64,000 bases of DNA, from contig JBEGVH010000009.1 of the NCBI GenBank assembly GCA_041178425.1, forward strand, positions 32,001 through 96,000. Reading direction: 5' to 3'. A program made the translations under genes and the position numbers. The stretch is from Pseudomonadota bacterium. Lineage in GTDB: Bacteria; Bdellovibrionota; Bdellovibrionia; Bdellovibrionales; Bdellovibrionaceae. Below, one piece after another: positions 10,601-19,132 of this stretch (the first letter of the stretch is position 1; every line of letters starts with the position of its first letter). The notes under the pieces were generated by a model, which worked only from the letters and a program-made list of their open reading frames with translations, was not told where the DNA came from and ran no database searches.

Positions 10601-13600
10601 CTGGTACAGCCCTCGAAGTAAAAGGTTCAGTTCGAATCCAGAATTCAGCCACTGCTTATGTCACTTTCGCCTCCTCTTCATCAGCAGGCACCCCCACTTA
10701 TACTTGGCCGACGACGGGACAATCTTCGAATTATTTTTTGAAAACAGATGGGAGCGGTAACTTGAGTTGGGCGCAACCAAGTCTCTCTAATATGATCACA
10801 GGAACGCTCCCAGTGGGTAATGGCGGTACGGGTACGACCACGTTCACATCCAATGGTATTTTGTACGGCAACGGCGGCTCGGCGATTCAGGCCACCGCCG
10901 CTATGACAGATGGACAGTTCGTTGTTGGGAAAACTTCGAATGCTCCACAAATTGTTACCATGAGTGGCGATGCTACCGTTAGCAACTTAGGAGCTGTCAC
11001 AGTTCAAGGCCTCAGAGGCAAAACAGTCGATTCTACGTTGCCGACGACCAGTGGCCAAGTTCTCCGATACGATGGAACCAAGTGGGTTCCTAATTTTGTA
11101 TCGATGTTTGACCTTCGATCGACAGTGACGGGATCGGCAACATTTAATTCAGGCTCACAGGGATGTACTGCTGGCCAAACTCTAACCTGGACGTCTGCGA
11201 CGGATAATCTCAGTTGTACGACAATTGCCATAAATGATTCACAACTTAATTTTTCCGCCTCTCGCACAGCCAACACCTTCCTCGCAGCACCTAATGGAAG
11301 TGCAGGAGCTGCATCATTCAGAACGATCGCAACGGCCGATGTTCCTTGGGCGACACCTGGATCAATAGGATCAACAACCGCCGCGAGCGGTGCCTTTACA
11401 ACTCTCACAGCATCAGGGGCAACAACACTCACTAACAACACAGCCTCGACGAGTTCGAGCACGGGTGCACTTATCGTCACAGGTGGCTTGGGCGTGGGTG
11501 GCGCGATTTTTTCTGGAAGCACCATAGCAGCCACGGGCGCCATCACCTCTAACTCTAGTATTAGCAACACCATCACGACGGCTGCCAACTCGGGGGCCAA
11601 TTATAACTCACCAGCGCATAATTTTGTTGGTACCTACTGGAATGGCTCTGCCAGTGCAAACGACTCATGGTCAATTACAAACGTCTTGGGCACAGGAGCT
11701 AATCCTACGGCCACATTGACCTTGGTCCACACCGGATCGAGTGGCACAGCAACAGTGTCGACCCCCAACTTAACAGTTAGTGGTACCTTAACGAACACGG
11801 GCTCTTTTACGCAGGCGTCTTCCAACACCACCGGAAGTGCTAACGCAATAACTGCTAATTCTCTAACGAGCGGAAATATCCTCTCACTGTCTTCGACTTC
11901 GACAACTGCTGCAGCAGGAAACACCGGTTTGAACATTGCAATTTCTGGCACCAATGCCACCGCAGGGATTAGTCGTTACGGGCTGAAGTCAGTAATGACA
12001 TCGGCGGGAAGCACTAGCACCAACGTGGCCGGTTACTTTTCTGCGACTGGCGGTACGACCGCGAATTACGGCTTGATTGTAGAAAATGGGAATGTGGGAA
12101 TCGGAACGACAACTCCAAGTACCGCTCTCCAAGTAAACGGTACAGTGACAGCTACAAGCTTCGCCGGAAGCGGTGCGAGTTTGACTGGAATTACCGCCTC
12201 AACCAATGCCAATTTAACAGGCCCGATTACAAGCGTTGGTAATGCAACCTCGGTTGCTTCACAAACTGGTACCGGAACAAAATTTGTGATGGACACGAGC
12301 CCGACGCTAGTGACTCCGACTCTCGGTGTGGCATCAGCAACCTCCATAAATAAGGTTACCATAACAGCACCGGCCACAAGTGCCACACTGACGATTGCCA
12401 ATGGAAAGACACTTACCATCAATGACTCCCTAACCCTGACAAGCGGAACGCAAGGGGGAGTACCATACTATTCGTCGACTGGCGCACTTTCCTCGTCACT
12501 GGCGGGTACTTCTGGTCAATTATTGACATCCGCGGGAACTGGCGCAGCGCCAACTTGGATATCATCGGTTCCCATTGCGAATGGCGGTACCGGAGCAAGC
12601 ACACAACAGGCAGCGATCAATGCTTTAACTGGCATTCAAACATCCGGAAGATATTTAAGGAGTGATGGAACAAATGCGACACTTTCGGTTATTGCAGCTG
12701 CTGACCTGCCGACAGTTTACATCGGCACCACAGCGATTCCACTGAGCAGAGCCTCAGCCTCACAATCGTTGACAGGCATAAGTATTGACGGTTCAGCCGC
12801 GTCCTTCACGGGATCCTTGAGTGGTGATGTCACTGGAACACAAGCTGCCACGTCTATTGCTGCCACGACCGTTACTGGTAAGGCATTAACAAATTTTAGT
12901 TCGACCACTGGGACTGTGACGGCCTCAGATACGATTCTCTCAGCCATTAATAAATTGGTTGGGAATATGGCAACTTATGCCCCACTCGCAAGTCCAGGAC
13001 TTACGGGCACACCAACAGCTCCCACTGCTGCGGTCAATACAAATACAACTCAAATAGCAACTACCGCATTTGTTTTGGGACAAGCAGGAGCTGCAACACC
13101 AATCGTCAATGGCACGGCCGCCGTGGGTACGGCTACAAAGTTCTCGCGCGAGGATCATGTGCACCCAACAGACACGAGCCGTGCACCAACGGCAAATCCG
13201 ACATTTACTGGTAACGTAAACATGCCAGGCACTGGTATATGGAATTCCTCCGGAAATGTGGGGATAGGAACGACATCTCCTGTAGATAGACTCTCCTTCG
13301 GCACCCCGACAGCCTCAGCGACGACAGCTCTCGTCAATTTATCCAATACTGCTCTTGTAAGCGGTTCAGCCTCTGGAACTTACATAGGAGCGAACCCAGC
13401 TTCTGCTGGGGCCGATTTCATAAACTATCAGGTCGGCAATACATCGAAATTCAAAGTGGATTCCGCCGGAAACGTAACTGCTGTCGCCTTTCTTTATAGT
13501 TCTGATCGGCGACTCAAAACGAATATCAGTCAGATAGAAAACCCAATAGAGACAATTCTAAAGTTAAAGGGTGTAAACTTTATTTGGAAAGATTCAAAAA

Positions 13601-13920
13601 AGCCAGAAATGGGATTTATCGCTCAAGATGTTGAACGAGTGCTGCCAAATCTAGTTAAAACTGATGAGCAATCTGGATTCAAGAGCGTTCAATACGGCAA
13701 CCTTATTGCTCTTGCTATTGAGGGCATTAAGCAATTAAAGTCGACCATCGATACGATGTTTATTACTCAATCTCAACAGATGAGTTCAATCAAGCAAGAA
13801 AACAAAGAGCTTAAGGATCAAATGGAGAGATTAACGGAAGAGAATAAAACCAAGGAACAGGAACTTAAAGAACTGAAACTTCGCATGGACAAACTAGAAA
13901 AGGCCCTTCAAAAAAACTAA
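4678..13920 (+). CDS. Giant trimeric fibre adhesin (Bdellovibrio MAT-like) with C-terminal peptidase S74 intramolecular chaperone and coiled coil
   Basis: Signal peptide; Ser/Thr/Gly-rich mosaic; repeated GNVGIGTTxP and LPxANGGT motifs; phage-fibre motif SPGLTGTPTAPTA...TQIATTAFV; C-terminal YSSDRRLKTNI...GFIAQDVERVLP...SVQY followed by coiled coil. Confidence 0.85.
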   Translation: MITMRWFENYLTLLLTSILAILAQPLFAAEEAVQSFSVSGTLYQSGSTTPLHDPATTFKIQIISPDRACLLYEEQQVVNIGSTGYFNIQVGSARSSNKRTANDPRHSMTQVFQNVGMIFANNVGVTQCPGGLYIPSPGDTRYVRLTVTPSSTNSPDTLSPDIAIGSVTSSLVAQSVQGLERNKILQVRENNSVSLTQGNLEWLFNSTNLSNLQTVLSGGLVSAPGTGVALPQFNGAPVNLNEGTIWYDTNEDVIKYSKGSLTAPLTLVNSTSGTIGGSVVVDTTGYIRTSNYVNAGSLYSPYIYGGSAPSSNLTIDSTSDATKGNIIIGPTTSAVGIGTTTPTAKVHISAGGTTPGKAPFKLTNGGLLSTPEAGAIEYDGTSLYYTDTSGTPARHTLATVAGSVASLRGDVTTLDAADPAQPGTYNATVVSVGGSSATQVNQSRLDTEAATANNNAETIVKRDASGNVSVGDSSHRKIYLRDSGSNTVSLEAASTTSSYSLKWPAAKADSTNKVLASDTDGNLSWINLGSVDGKVSLTSQVIGVLPIANGGTNSAVALNNNRLMYSSGGAIIEMGELSTGQIVVGKTGDAPQIKTLNEDVVVDETGKTTINKVKGTTVSGVGLLSGNLLQNTSASAIGLNNLLISNATGVQDFPATGEKVLLTVAGIPTWTAQNADSFTQYVLLNGRTSGQTINGGADANGNLTLESTSNGTKGNILLSPNGGSSVAVGTSTPLSKFSVVGGAMSAGPQGTSAGQGGEVRFYELGANGSDYVGFRAPDALAGTKVWTLPTADGTSDQVLKTDGSGTLSWSTLNTGQIGTGAADATKYLRGDRAWSDFNAAAIGSNLTGYATASPASISSSDSVLQAVQKLDGNDSLWLKKDGSRPLTGNWDAGAFKATFNSVQVGSAANTITGLSTIVNTGTLTLPTTTDTIVGRATTDTLTNKTLSDSTTVVANATTPSKQLAFSLSNQSESTTLTISPTQSTTQSLAIPDVLGSDSFVTNNTTATLKGKTIKISDSNVIEGLTNSSISDSAAIARSKMAVDANKGGLVYNDASTGALTSLNPGSANYPLLSAGTNASPVWSGISLANDNIKLPPGKSISNDSGNMSISAVGDMTVNASGDTTVKGANTYIGNTLAASETRISGGASGASYLKIKSTGGIEFAAPSGITSDGPLGLGTTSPTSMLHTVASGAKTSAYTGNYLSNTATSGTGSIAKIGLDVQSTGTWNGASATNTGLNVNVSGGTTNYAATFNGGNVGIGTTSPTGTLEVSSTNTGSSNSYGVKITPTYNQTGSAANTDLLINRTQTAVGSGTQNLIDAQVNGTSKFSVDNGGNVTVVGVLTAANISGNSSTATNLSNGSLGAIPYQSAASTTAMLTGNSTTTKKYLTQTGTGSASAAPAWNTIDTGDITSGILGVDRGGTGVGTITGIIKGSGTSAFTAATAGTDYSVPANVESFTGAKTFDNDKILLKGSSSGTTTFHSNNSTATNFTLNFPATNDTLVARNTTDTLTNKTLSDSTTRFANVTDATKKLAFSLGGQTTNTTLTITTAQSTDQSLSLPNVGASDSIVTNNTTATLKGKTINIGAPDNNVITGLTDSSISNSAAIARSKIAADTSVKGGLVYNDAISGSLASLTPGTAGLPLISGGTSTAPGWSTVSLASGNVTLPASGNITNVSGNMSVSAVGNLTVTGGASANTYVGNTGSNTYVGNSTAGTTMIYGGSSSSILVDSSGVTMTGTSIKAPNFMPTGSTKPTDGMYLPAASTVGISAGNTLAAQFTSTGSSFSGSVGIGTTTPGASLDITPAANTIGLQSTGYSLTGANAQSLVNLSGTWNTSGTPTLIKANVTDTLSNASSLLLDLQVGGTSMFKVNKAGNLTNTGSVTATGGFYGPLTGNVSGNLTGNVIGNISGATGVFSTSVTSPLLLGGTTTTSSLTYKTTTAVGTSGADHIFQVGNNGGTEAMRILNSGNVGIGTATPGTALEVKGSVRIQNSATAYVTFASSSSAGTPTYTWPTTGQSSNYFLKTDGSGNLSWAQPSLSNMITGTLPVGNGGTGTTTFTSNGILYGNGGSAIQATAAMTDGQFVVGKTSNAPQIVTMSGDATVSNLGAVTVQGLRGKTVDSTLPTTSGQVLRYDGTKWVPNFVSMFDLRSTVTGSATFNSGSQGCTAGQTLTWTSATDNLSCTTIAINDSQLNFSASRTANTFLAAPNGSAGAASFRTIATADVPWATPGSIGSTTAASGAFTTLTASGATTLTNNTASTSSSTGALIVTGGLGVGGAIFSGSTIAATGAITSNSSISNTITTAANSGANYNSPAHNFVGTYWNGSASANDSWSITNVLGTGANPTATLTLVHTGSSGTATVSTPNLTVSGTLTNTGSFTQASSNTTGSANAITANSLTSGNILSLSSTSTTAAAGNTGLNIAISGTNATAGISRYGLKSVMTSAGSTSTNVAGYFSATGGTTANYGLIVENGNVGIGTTTPSTALQVNGTVTATSFAGSGASLTGITASTNANLTGPITSVGNATSVASQTGTGTKFVMDTSPTLVTPTLGVASATSINKVTITAPATSATLTIANGKTLTINDSLTLTSGTQGGVPYYSSTGALSSSLAGTSGQLLTSAGTGAAPTWISSVPIANGGTGASTQQAAINALTGIQTSGRYLRSDGTNATLSVIAAADLPTVYIGTTAIPLSRASASQSLTGISIDGSAASFTGSLSGDVTGTQAATSIAATTVTGKALTNFSSTTGTVTASDTILSAINKLVGNMATYAPLASPGLTGTPTAPTAAVNTNTTQIATTAFVLGQAGAATPIVNGTAAVGTATKFSREDHVHPTDTSRAPTANPTFTGNVNMPGTGIWNSSGNVGIGTTSPVDRLSFGTPTASATTALVNLSNTALVSGSASGTYIGANPASAGADFINYQVGNTSKFKVDSAGNVTAVAFLYSSDRRLKTNISQIENPIETILKLKGVNFIWKDSKKPEMGFIAQDVERVLPNLVKTDEQSGFKSVQYGNLIALAIEGIKQLKSTIDTMFITQSQQMSSIKQENKELKDQMERLTEENKTKEQELKELKLRMDKLEKALQKN

Positions 13921-13982
13921 GGGGGACGTAGTCCGAATTCCTACTTCGCAGTACATTGATATTCGGACTCTTCGGACGTCCC
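13921..13982. repeat. REP-like imperfect palindrome 5' of the RAYT gene
   Basis: GGGACGT(13923-29)+AGTCCGAAT(13930-38) pair with ATTCGGACT(13961-69) and ACGTCCC(13976-82); a GTAG tetranucleotide (13928-31) precedes the inner stem. Confidence 0.6.
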
Positions 13983-14035
13983 ATTGCTTTATATTCGAAT
14001 CCAGCTCGTCACACTTCTTGCTAAAATAGCAAAGC

Positions 14036-14800
14036 ATGAGAATAAAACGATCACAACAACTATGGCCCGACAATGGCACCGTCCATCTTTACTGGCGTTG
14101 CCATAATAAAGAATACTACTTAGAAAATAATTTTTTTAAAGACGTTTACATGTCTTGCCTGGAGAAGGGTCTGGAACATAGACCCTCAACTCACCTAACT
14201 AAACTTAAACAAAAGTGTAAGATACATGCCTACTGCGCCATGAGTAATCACTTTCATCAGGTGGCGAGCTATCGTGACGGTTCGACCCATCTATCGCTAT
14301 TTATGCGTCAGGCGCACGCCCTTTTCGGCATCAAGTATAACCGTGCTAAACGCCGGAGTGGAAAGGTTGCCGAAGGCCGCCCGAAGACACCGCTCATTCA
14401 GGATCCCCGCCATGAAATGCTTGTTCACTTTTACGTCGAGGCCAACCCCATTCGCGCTGGGTTCAGAAACATTGAGAATTTGAAATACTACCAATATTCA
14501 AGTTATGGTTTTTTTGCCTACGGGAGAAAAACAAAGTACACTCATCTATTAACTTTGCCTGATTGGTATATGAAACTAGGAAAAACATTAAAAGAACGGC
14601 AACAAAAATATAGAAAACTCTTTAGGCAATACCTAGGGGAGCATAGACCATCTTTTTCTTGCCGATTCAAACAAGCTTTTATTGGCGATGCGCAATGGAT
14701 ACTTATGTCGATGGTGCGACTTAAAAAAGATAATCGAGAATTTGAAAATGAAAGTTATAACATTCAAAGTGATCTGAGTATTCTAGGGAACACTGCCTGA
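14036..14800 (+). mobile_element. REP-associated tyrosine transposase (RAYT, IS200/Y1 HUH family)
   Basis: HLYWRCHNK N-terminus, HAYCAMSNHFH HUH motif, YVEANPIRAG catalytic Tyr motif, YQYSSY. Confidence 0.8.
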
Positions 14801-15030
14801 TTTCGTTATGACTCAAGTCTTTTGATCCCCCTTGGTTAAAATGGAGTCTCATATTGGGTCGTAATTTTTACCTCGATGGTAATTTCCACTGAGATACGCG
14901 ACCTCGGTGGTGCTCGATTCGTCCTCACGTGAGACACATGATAATTAAAACACCCTATCAACCTAAATTGTTGGCATAATTAGAGTTGAATAACGTTAAA
15001 ACTACCGTTTCCGTTTCTGTGGGGTTTAGA

Positions 15031-17778
15031 ATGTCACGTTTTATCACGTTGCCTGACTTTGCGAAGTTATCGAATTTGGCATTGGTTGTTTTTATTTTGA
15101 TTAATTCCGGATGTACCAAAATAGACTTCACCCAAGAACTTTCTAAATTGAGCGCCAATGCAGTGCCAACTGAAACGCCAAACCCAAACCAAACTTCACC
15201 TCCAATTGAAAATGAGGATACAAACAGCAAAGATGCCGTTTGCGGCGAAAGTCATTTAAAAGAACTTACGTCTGCCCCATCAGAAGCCATTAGCTTGTGT
15301 AGCAATGGTTCTCCCAGTGCTGTGACCGAAAATAATGAGAAGACCAAGTATATTTGGAACTGTAGCGGACTACCAAATGGACCCCTCGTTGAATGCTATG
15401 CCTTGATTTCTAATTCCTCTACAATGCCGCCACGACCAACTCCAAGCGCCTCTCCGACTCCAGACCCGGCTCTATTGGTTAATGGTTCTTGTGGTGGAAG
15501 TAACGGACAGTATTTGAGCTCCGTCCCCACAACTGGGCTTTGTGCAAGTGGCACCGCGAGTGCCGTTGATTCGACTGCAGGTATTGCAGTGGTCGGCGTG
15601 AGCACTACTAAAACATACAAATGGACCTGTAACGGCAGTGGTGGTGGTTCTAGTGCTACTTGCAGCGCCACCCAAAAATTAGCGCCTCTCTGTGGCTTGA
15701 GCAATGGTCAAAATGTTTCTACAACTCCCACCCGAGAACTATGCTCCCAGGGAACAGCGAGCGCCGTTACTCTCGGTTCAAACAAATACACCTGGAGTTG
15801 CTCGGTTACAAACGGACCCACTACTGAAAACTTAGTCTGCGCGGCTAACCAGGTTGTCAATGGGATCTGCGGAACTAGCAACGGAGCATTCACACCCTCC
15901 GCACCAACTACAAATCTTTGTGTCAGCGGAGCTCCGTCCCCAATTCTCACGAATTCAGCGGTATTTCCATCAAAGTATAATTGGAATTGTAACGGATTAA
16001 ATTCTGGCACAACGTCATCTTGTAGTGCTATTCAATCGATTGATCCGGCCTGCGGATCAAGCAATGCTCAAAACTTTGAGGCAAAACCTACAAGCAATCT
16101 CTGCGCTTCCGGACAGGCCAGTGAGGTCACCCTTTCGGATGGCAAATTCAAGTGGAGTTGCACCACAAATACAACGATTACCAACACCCAAATGTGCTCG
16201 GCAAATCAAGTGGTGAATGGCACTTGTGGTGCTAGTAACGGACAATATGTGAGCTCCGTCCCCACTACCGGGCTCTGCACGAGTGGTATCGCGAGCGCCG
16301 TTGATTTGCGCGTAGTTGCAACATTGATCCGTGTGAGCACTCCTAGTCAAATATACAACTGGACCTGTAACGGCAGCGGTGGTGGATCTAACGCTTCTTG
16401 TAGTGCCTCACAAAAATTAACTGCCCTCTGTGGCAAGAGTAACGGTCAAACTTTCCTTACCCCTCCTGTTAACGATCTTTGCTCTTCGGGAAACCAGGGA
16501 ACCGTTGCCACATCGGCCACGTCGTTCGACTGGACTTGTTCAGTAACCAATGGAACGTTAACCGAAATGGTTTCTTGTTCCGCGAAAAGACTGAATATTC
16601 CGGTTTGCGGGGCGTTTAAAGAAGTGAGTTTGGCGTCGCAGACGCTGCCGAGCTCCGTCCCCACGGGATTGGGAGAATTTGTCAGGTATTCGGGAGCGCC
16701 GATTGGTCAGCGATTTATCGTTCCGAAAGAATCTTGTGCCATCATTGAGGCACCGCGACTCCCCAACCTAATAGGCTTTCAGCAACTCTATTCGGTGGTG
16801 GTTGATGCTCCGTCGACTGATTATACCATCCAAGGTTTTTATGGCATCGAAGTTTTAAAAAACACTAAAACCGGTCAGATCATCACCGTACAACTTCCCC
16901 AACCCCCAGCAGGCCCCAACAATATGGGCATCACCGTGACCTTCACCAACGGAAGTATATCTCTCACCTCCCACCAAACCCCCATCACAACTGCGTGGAC
17001 CGCTTGGGTCACTCAAGGCGTCGCTTTCGGAGGCGATACCTCTTTGTGGAATAATCCCTCGAGCACGATGATCCCGGGCCTCATTCGCTCTGTCTCGGCT
17101 TTGAATCTGGGTTCCTATCTCACCGCGAACCCCTCTCTCCTCAACACGCAGGAAACCGCGAACAAGTATTCCTTCCCGTCGCCTTCAACACCGATCGCCC
17201 AATCGATCTGTCCGAATCCACGAATTCTTAATCTAGATTGGCAGGCTGCGTCCCCAACCACCGCTCAATCCAACGAACATCTTATTACCTTTGGGAACCC
17301 TCTAAAAAATACATTTATCATTGGCAACAGCTCTTGCCTAACCGTTGTTGCCCCACAACTCCCCTTTGATGGTTCGGGTTTTCAGCAACTCTATGCGGTA
17401 GCCCTCCATGGTTCCTCCTCGCAATACACCGTGAGCGGCTACCACGGCATGCTCGTTCTTACAAATATCTTTACCAACCAGCAAATTCACCTACAAATTG
17501 CAAGGCCACCGATCGGTCCTAATAACTATGGAATCAACATAAAATTCACGAATGGTAGCATTTCGCTTACCACTTGGAGAAATGAAACAACTTGGAAATC
17601 GTTTATCACTAGAGGCGTCCCTCTGAACGGCGACCTCTCCGCGTGGAACAACTCCGCAGCCCTCGAACTTCCGGCAACACCACCTCTGGGCACCCCATTG
17701 TCACTTTCCACTTACCTGGGTGCAAACCCCTCACTTCTCAATACGACGGATACGTCAAACATTTATAGTTTTCCTTAA
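15031..17778 (+). CDS. Cys-rich repeat surface lipoprotein with two C-terminal ~190-aa repeated domains
   Basis: Lipobox-like INSGC; seven 4-Cys repeats (CGxSNG...LCxxG...WxC...CSA); duplicated C-terminal domain (GFQQLY...GPNNxGI..FTNGSISLT...ANPSLLNT...YSFP). Confidence 0.7.
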   Translation: MSRFITLPDFAKLSNLALVVFILINSGCTKIDFTQELSKLSANAVPTETPNPNQTSPPIENEDTNSKDAVCGESHLKELTSAPSEAISLCSNGSPSAVTENNEKTKYIWNCSGLPNGPLVECYALISNSSTMPPRPTPSASPTPDPALLVNGSCGGSNGQYLSSVPTTGLCASGTASAVDSTAGIAVVGVSTTKTYKWTCNGSGGGSSATCSATQKLAPLCGLSNGQNVSTTPTRELCSQGTASAVTLGSNKYTWSCSVTNGPTTENLVCAANQVVNGICGTSNGAFTPSAPTTNLCVSGAPSPILTNSAVFPSKYNWNCNGLNSGTTSSCSAIQSIDPACGSSNAQNFEAKPTSNLCASGQASEVTLSDGKFKWSCTTNTTITNTQMCSANQVVNGTCGASNGQYVSSVPTTGLCTSGIASAVDLRVVATLIRVSTPSQIYNWTCNGSGGGSNASCSASQKLTALCGKSNGQTFLTPPVNDLCSSGNQGTVATSATSFDWTCSVTNGTLTEMVSCSAKRLNIPVCGAFKEVSLASQTLPSSVPTGLGEFVRYSGAPIGQRFIVPKESCAIIEAPRLPNLIGFQQLYSVVVDAPSTDYTIQGFYGIEVLKNTKTGQIITVQLPQPPAGPNNMGITVTFTNGSISLTSHQTPITTAWTAWVTQGVAFGGDTSLWNNPSSTMIPGLIRSVSALNLGSYLTANPSLLNTQETANKYSFPSPSTPIAQSICPNPRILNLDWQAASPTTAQSNEHLITFGNPLKNTFIIGNSSCLTVVAPQLPFDGSGFQQLYAVALHGSSSQYTVSGYHGMLVLTNIFTNQQIHLQIARPPIGPNNYGINIKFTNGSISLTTWRNETTWKSFITRGVPLNGDLSAWNNSAALELPATPPLGTPLSLSTYLGANPSLLNTTDTSNIYSFP

Positions 17779-17782
17779 ACTC

Positions 17783-17813
17783 AAAAAAAAAAGAGCCCTT
17801 CTTTGGAGGGCTC
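17783..17813 (-). terminator. Rho-independent terminator between convergent genes
   Basis: GAGCCCT-tctttgg-AGGGCTC stem preceded by an A10 run (U-tract on minus strand). Confidence 0.7.
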
Positions 17814-17844
17814 CCTGTCTGACGCTGACTAGATTTTTTAACAA

Positions 17845-18294
17845 TCACTCGCGGGGTGTCTCTTTTTCTTTGAGTGCTTTTTCAATTTTAGACGCTAAAT
17901 CTTCAAAGTAATCTCCCTTTCGCACCGAAAAAGACACCTGTTTGTCTGGCTCAATTTTAAGCTCATCCAAAATTTTCATCAACCGATAAATCGGACCCGC
18001 TATTTTGTTCGAAAAATAGATACCAAAAAGATAAAATATCACTCCCGCGATAGAGAAAGCCACCGACACCGAAACAATATACTTATTCCCTACCGATTCA
18101 ATAAAGCTATAGTAAACATGATCCGAGGGCAATTGAGCCTGCTCTCCCAAAGCTCTGAGTTCATTAAAATAATACATCGTATGCACAACAAAGACAGCAA
18201 TGAGCATAGCAAAGAGCGCCGTTAATCGGTTAATAAAATGGATTTGAAATTCTGGCAAAATGAGCCAACGCTTACGCAGGTTTACATTTTTCAT
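17845..18294 (-). CDS. Two-TM membrane protein with HAMP-like C-terminus
   Basis: Two hydrophobic helices then SNKIAGPIYRL...VRKGDYFEDLA. Confidence 0.6.
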   Translation of the reverse strand: MKNVNLRKRWLILPEFQIHFINRLTALFAMLIAVFVVHTMYYFNELRALGEQAQLPSDHVYYSFIESVGNKYIVSVSVAFSIAGVIFYLFGIYFSNKIAGPIYRLMKILDELKIEPDKQVSFSVRKGDYFEDLASKIEKALKEKETPRE

Positions 18295-19028
18295 TGAGGC
18301 CTCACGATCTCTCTAAATTCTTCAAACATCTTTTCTCGATACTGGGGATTGCGTTCACCATAAAAATCAATCATCGAAACTATCTCTGCCGAATCCATTC
18401 GTTGGCTAATGAATCGAACACACTCAATGTATTTTTGTTCATCATCGAGTCCGCCATGAGTCGCTAGCTTCATAAACGCGAAAGGAACAAGCATTTTTGC
18501 CTCGGCGCTTTGATCACGAGAAATCTTTAAATACAAATCTCTTTCTGCTGGATGAGCTTCTTTGAGGGGCGGCATTCTTTCTAGAATATAATGGATTTTC
18601 TCATACTTGAGAGGATCGCGACGACTATCTAGGAGAAAATAGGCGAGAGAATCAAAAATTTTTTCCGATTCTTTATCCATAACATCAAAATTTTTATCTA
18701 CCCACGAGCGAAATTCAAGCATATCGGCTTCGGAGGAAAGTTGAGCACTCAACTGATCAATGGCAACGAGCTCTTTGTCCTCTTGATGTGCTGACGACTT
18801 TGTATGAATAGCCTCAATTTTTTTTAAGGCAATTGCCATTTCTTTTGTTTTAAGAGATTCGATGATTCTATCGTTGGCCAAATCGATCCTTAGGGAGTTT
18901 GGTGGTTCAACGGCGACGATTTCAGGCTTACCCCTGACTTTTTTTTGACCCCAGAGGGATACGCGCAACAATCCGTAAAAACCAAAGCAGCAAATAAGAA
19001 TAACAATGAGAGCCTTCGGAATCGTCAC
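18291..19028 (-). CDS. Hypothetical membrane-anchored protein
   Basis: 245-aa ORF, N-terminal TM segment, RBS GAGGAG before GTG, 4-bp overlap with next gene. Confidence 0.55.
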   Translation of the reverse strand: MTIPKALIVILICCFGFYGLLRVSLWGQKKVRGKPEIVAVEPPNSLRIDLANDRIIESLKTKEMAIALKKIEAIHTKSSAHQEDKELVAIDQLSAQLSSEADMLEFRSWVDKNFDVMDKESEKIFDSLAYFLLDSRRDPLKYEKIHYILERMPPLKEAHPAERDLYLKISRDQSAEAKMLVPFAFMKLATHGGLDDEQKYIECVRFISQRMDSAEIVSMIDFYGERNPQYREKMFEEFREIVRPQ

Positions 19029-19132
19029 TCCCTCATCTTACACACTCACAGCACAAAAGAGGCCTCTGCTCTCTGCTTTTTCGACCTAGGTCCAGGTTGA
19101 TTCTCCCCACCAAACACGTTAAGGTCCGGCCC

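Noticed and set aside
5192..13346. Many 60-200 aa ORFs antisense to or overlapping the fibre gene
   Set aside because: Shadow ORFs produced by Thr/Ser/Gly codon bias; no motifs or RBS
4678..13920. Prophage tail fibre or prophage region
   Set aside because: No integrase, capsid, terminase or other tail genes; the protein has a Sec signal peptide, consistent with a cellular fibre adhesin
15517..16663. CRISPR array suggested by the recurring 13-mer
   Set aside because: Repeat is too short, spacing is irregular (322-413 bp), copies are inside a CDS, and no cas genes are present
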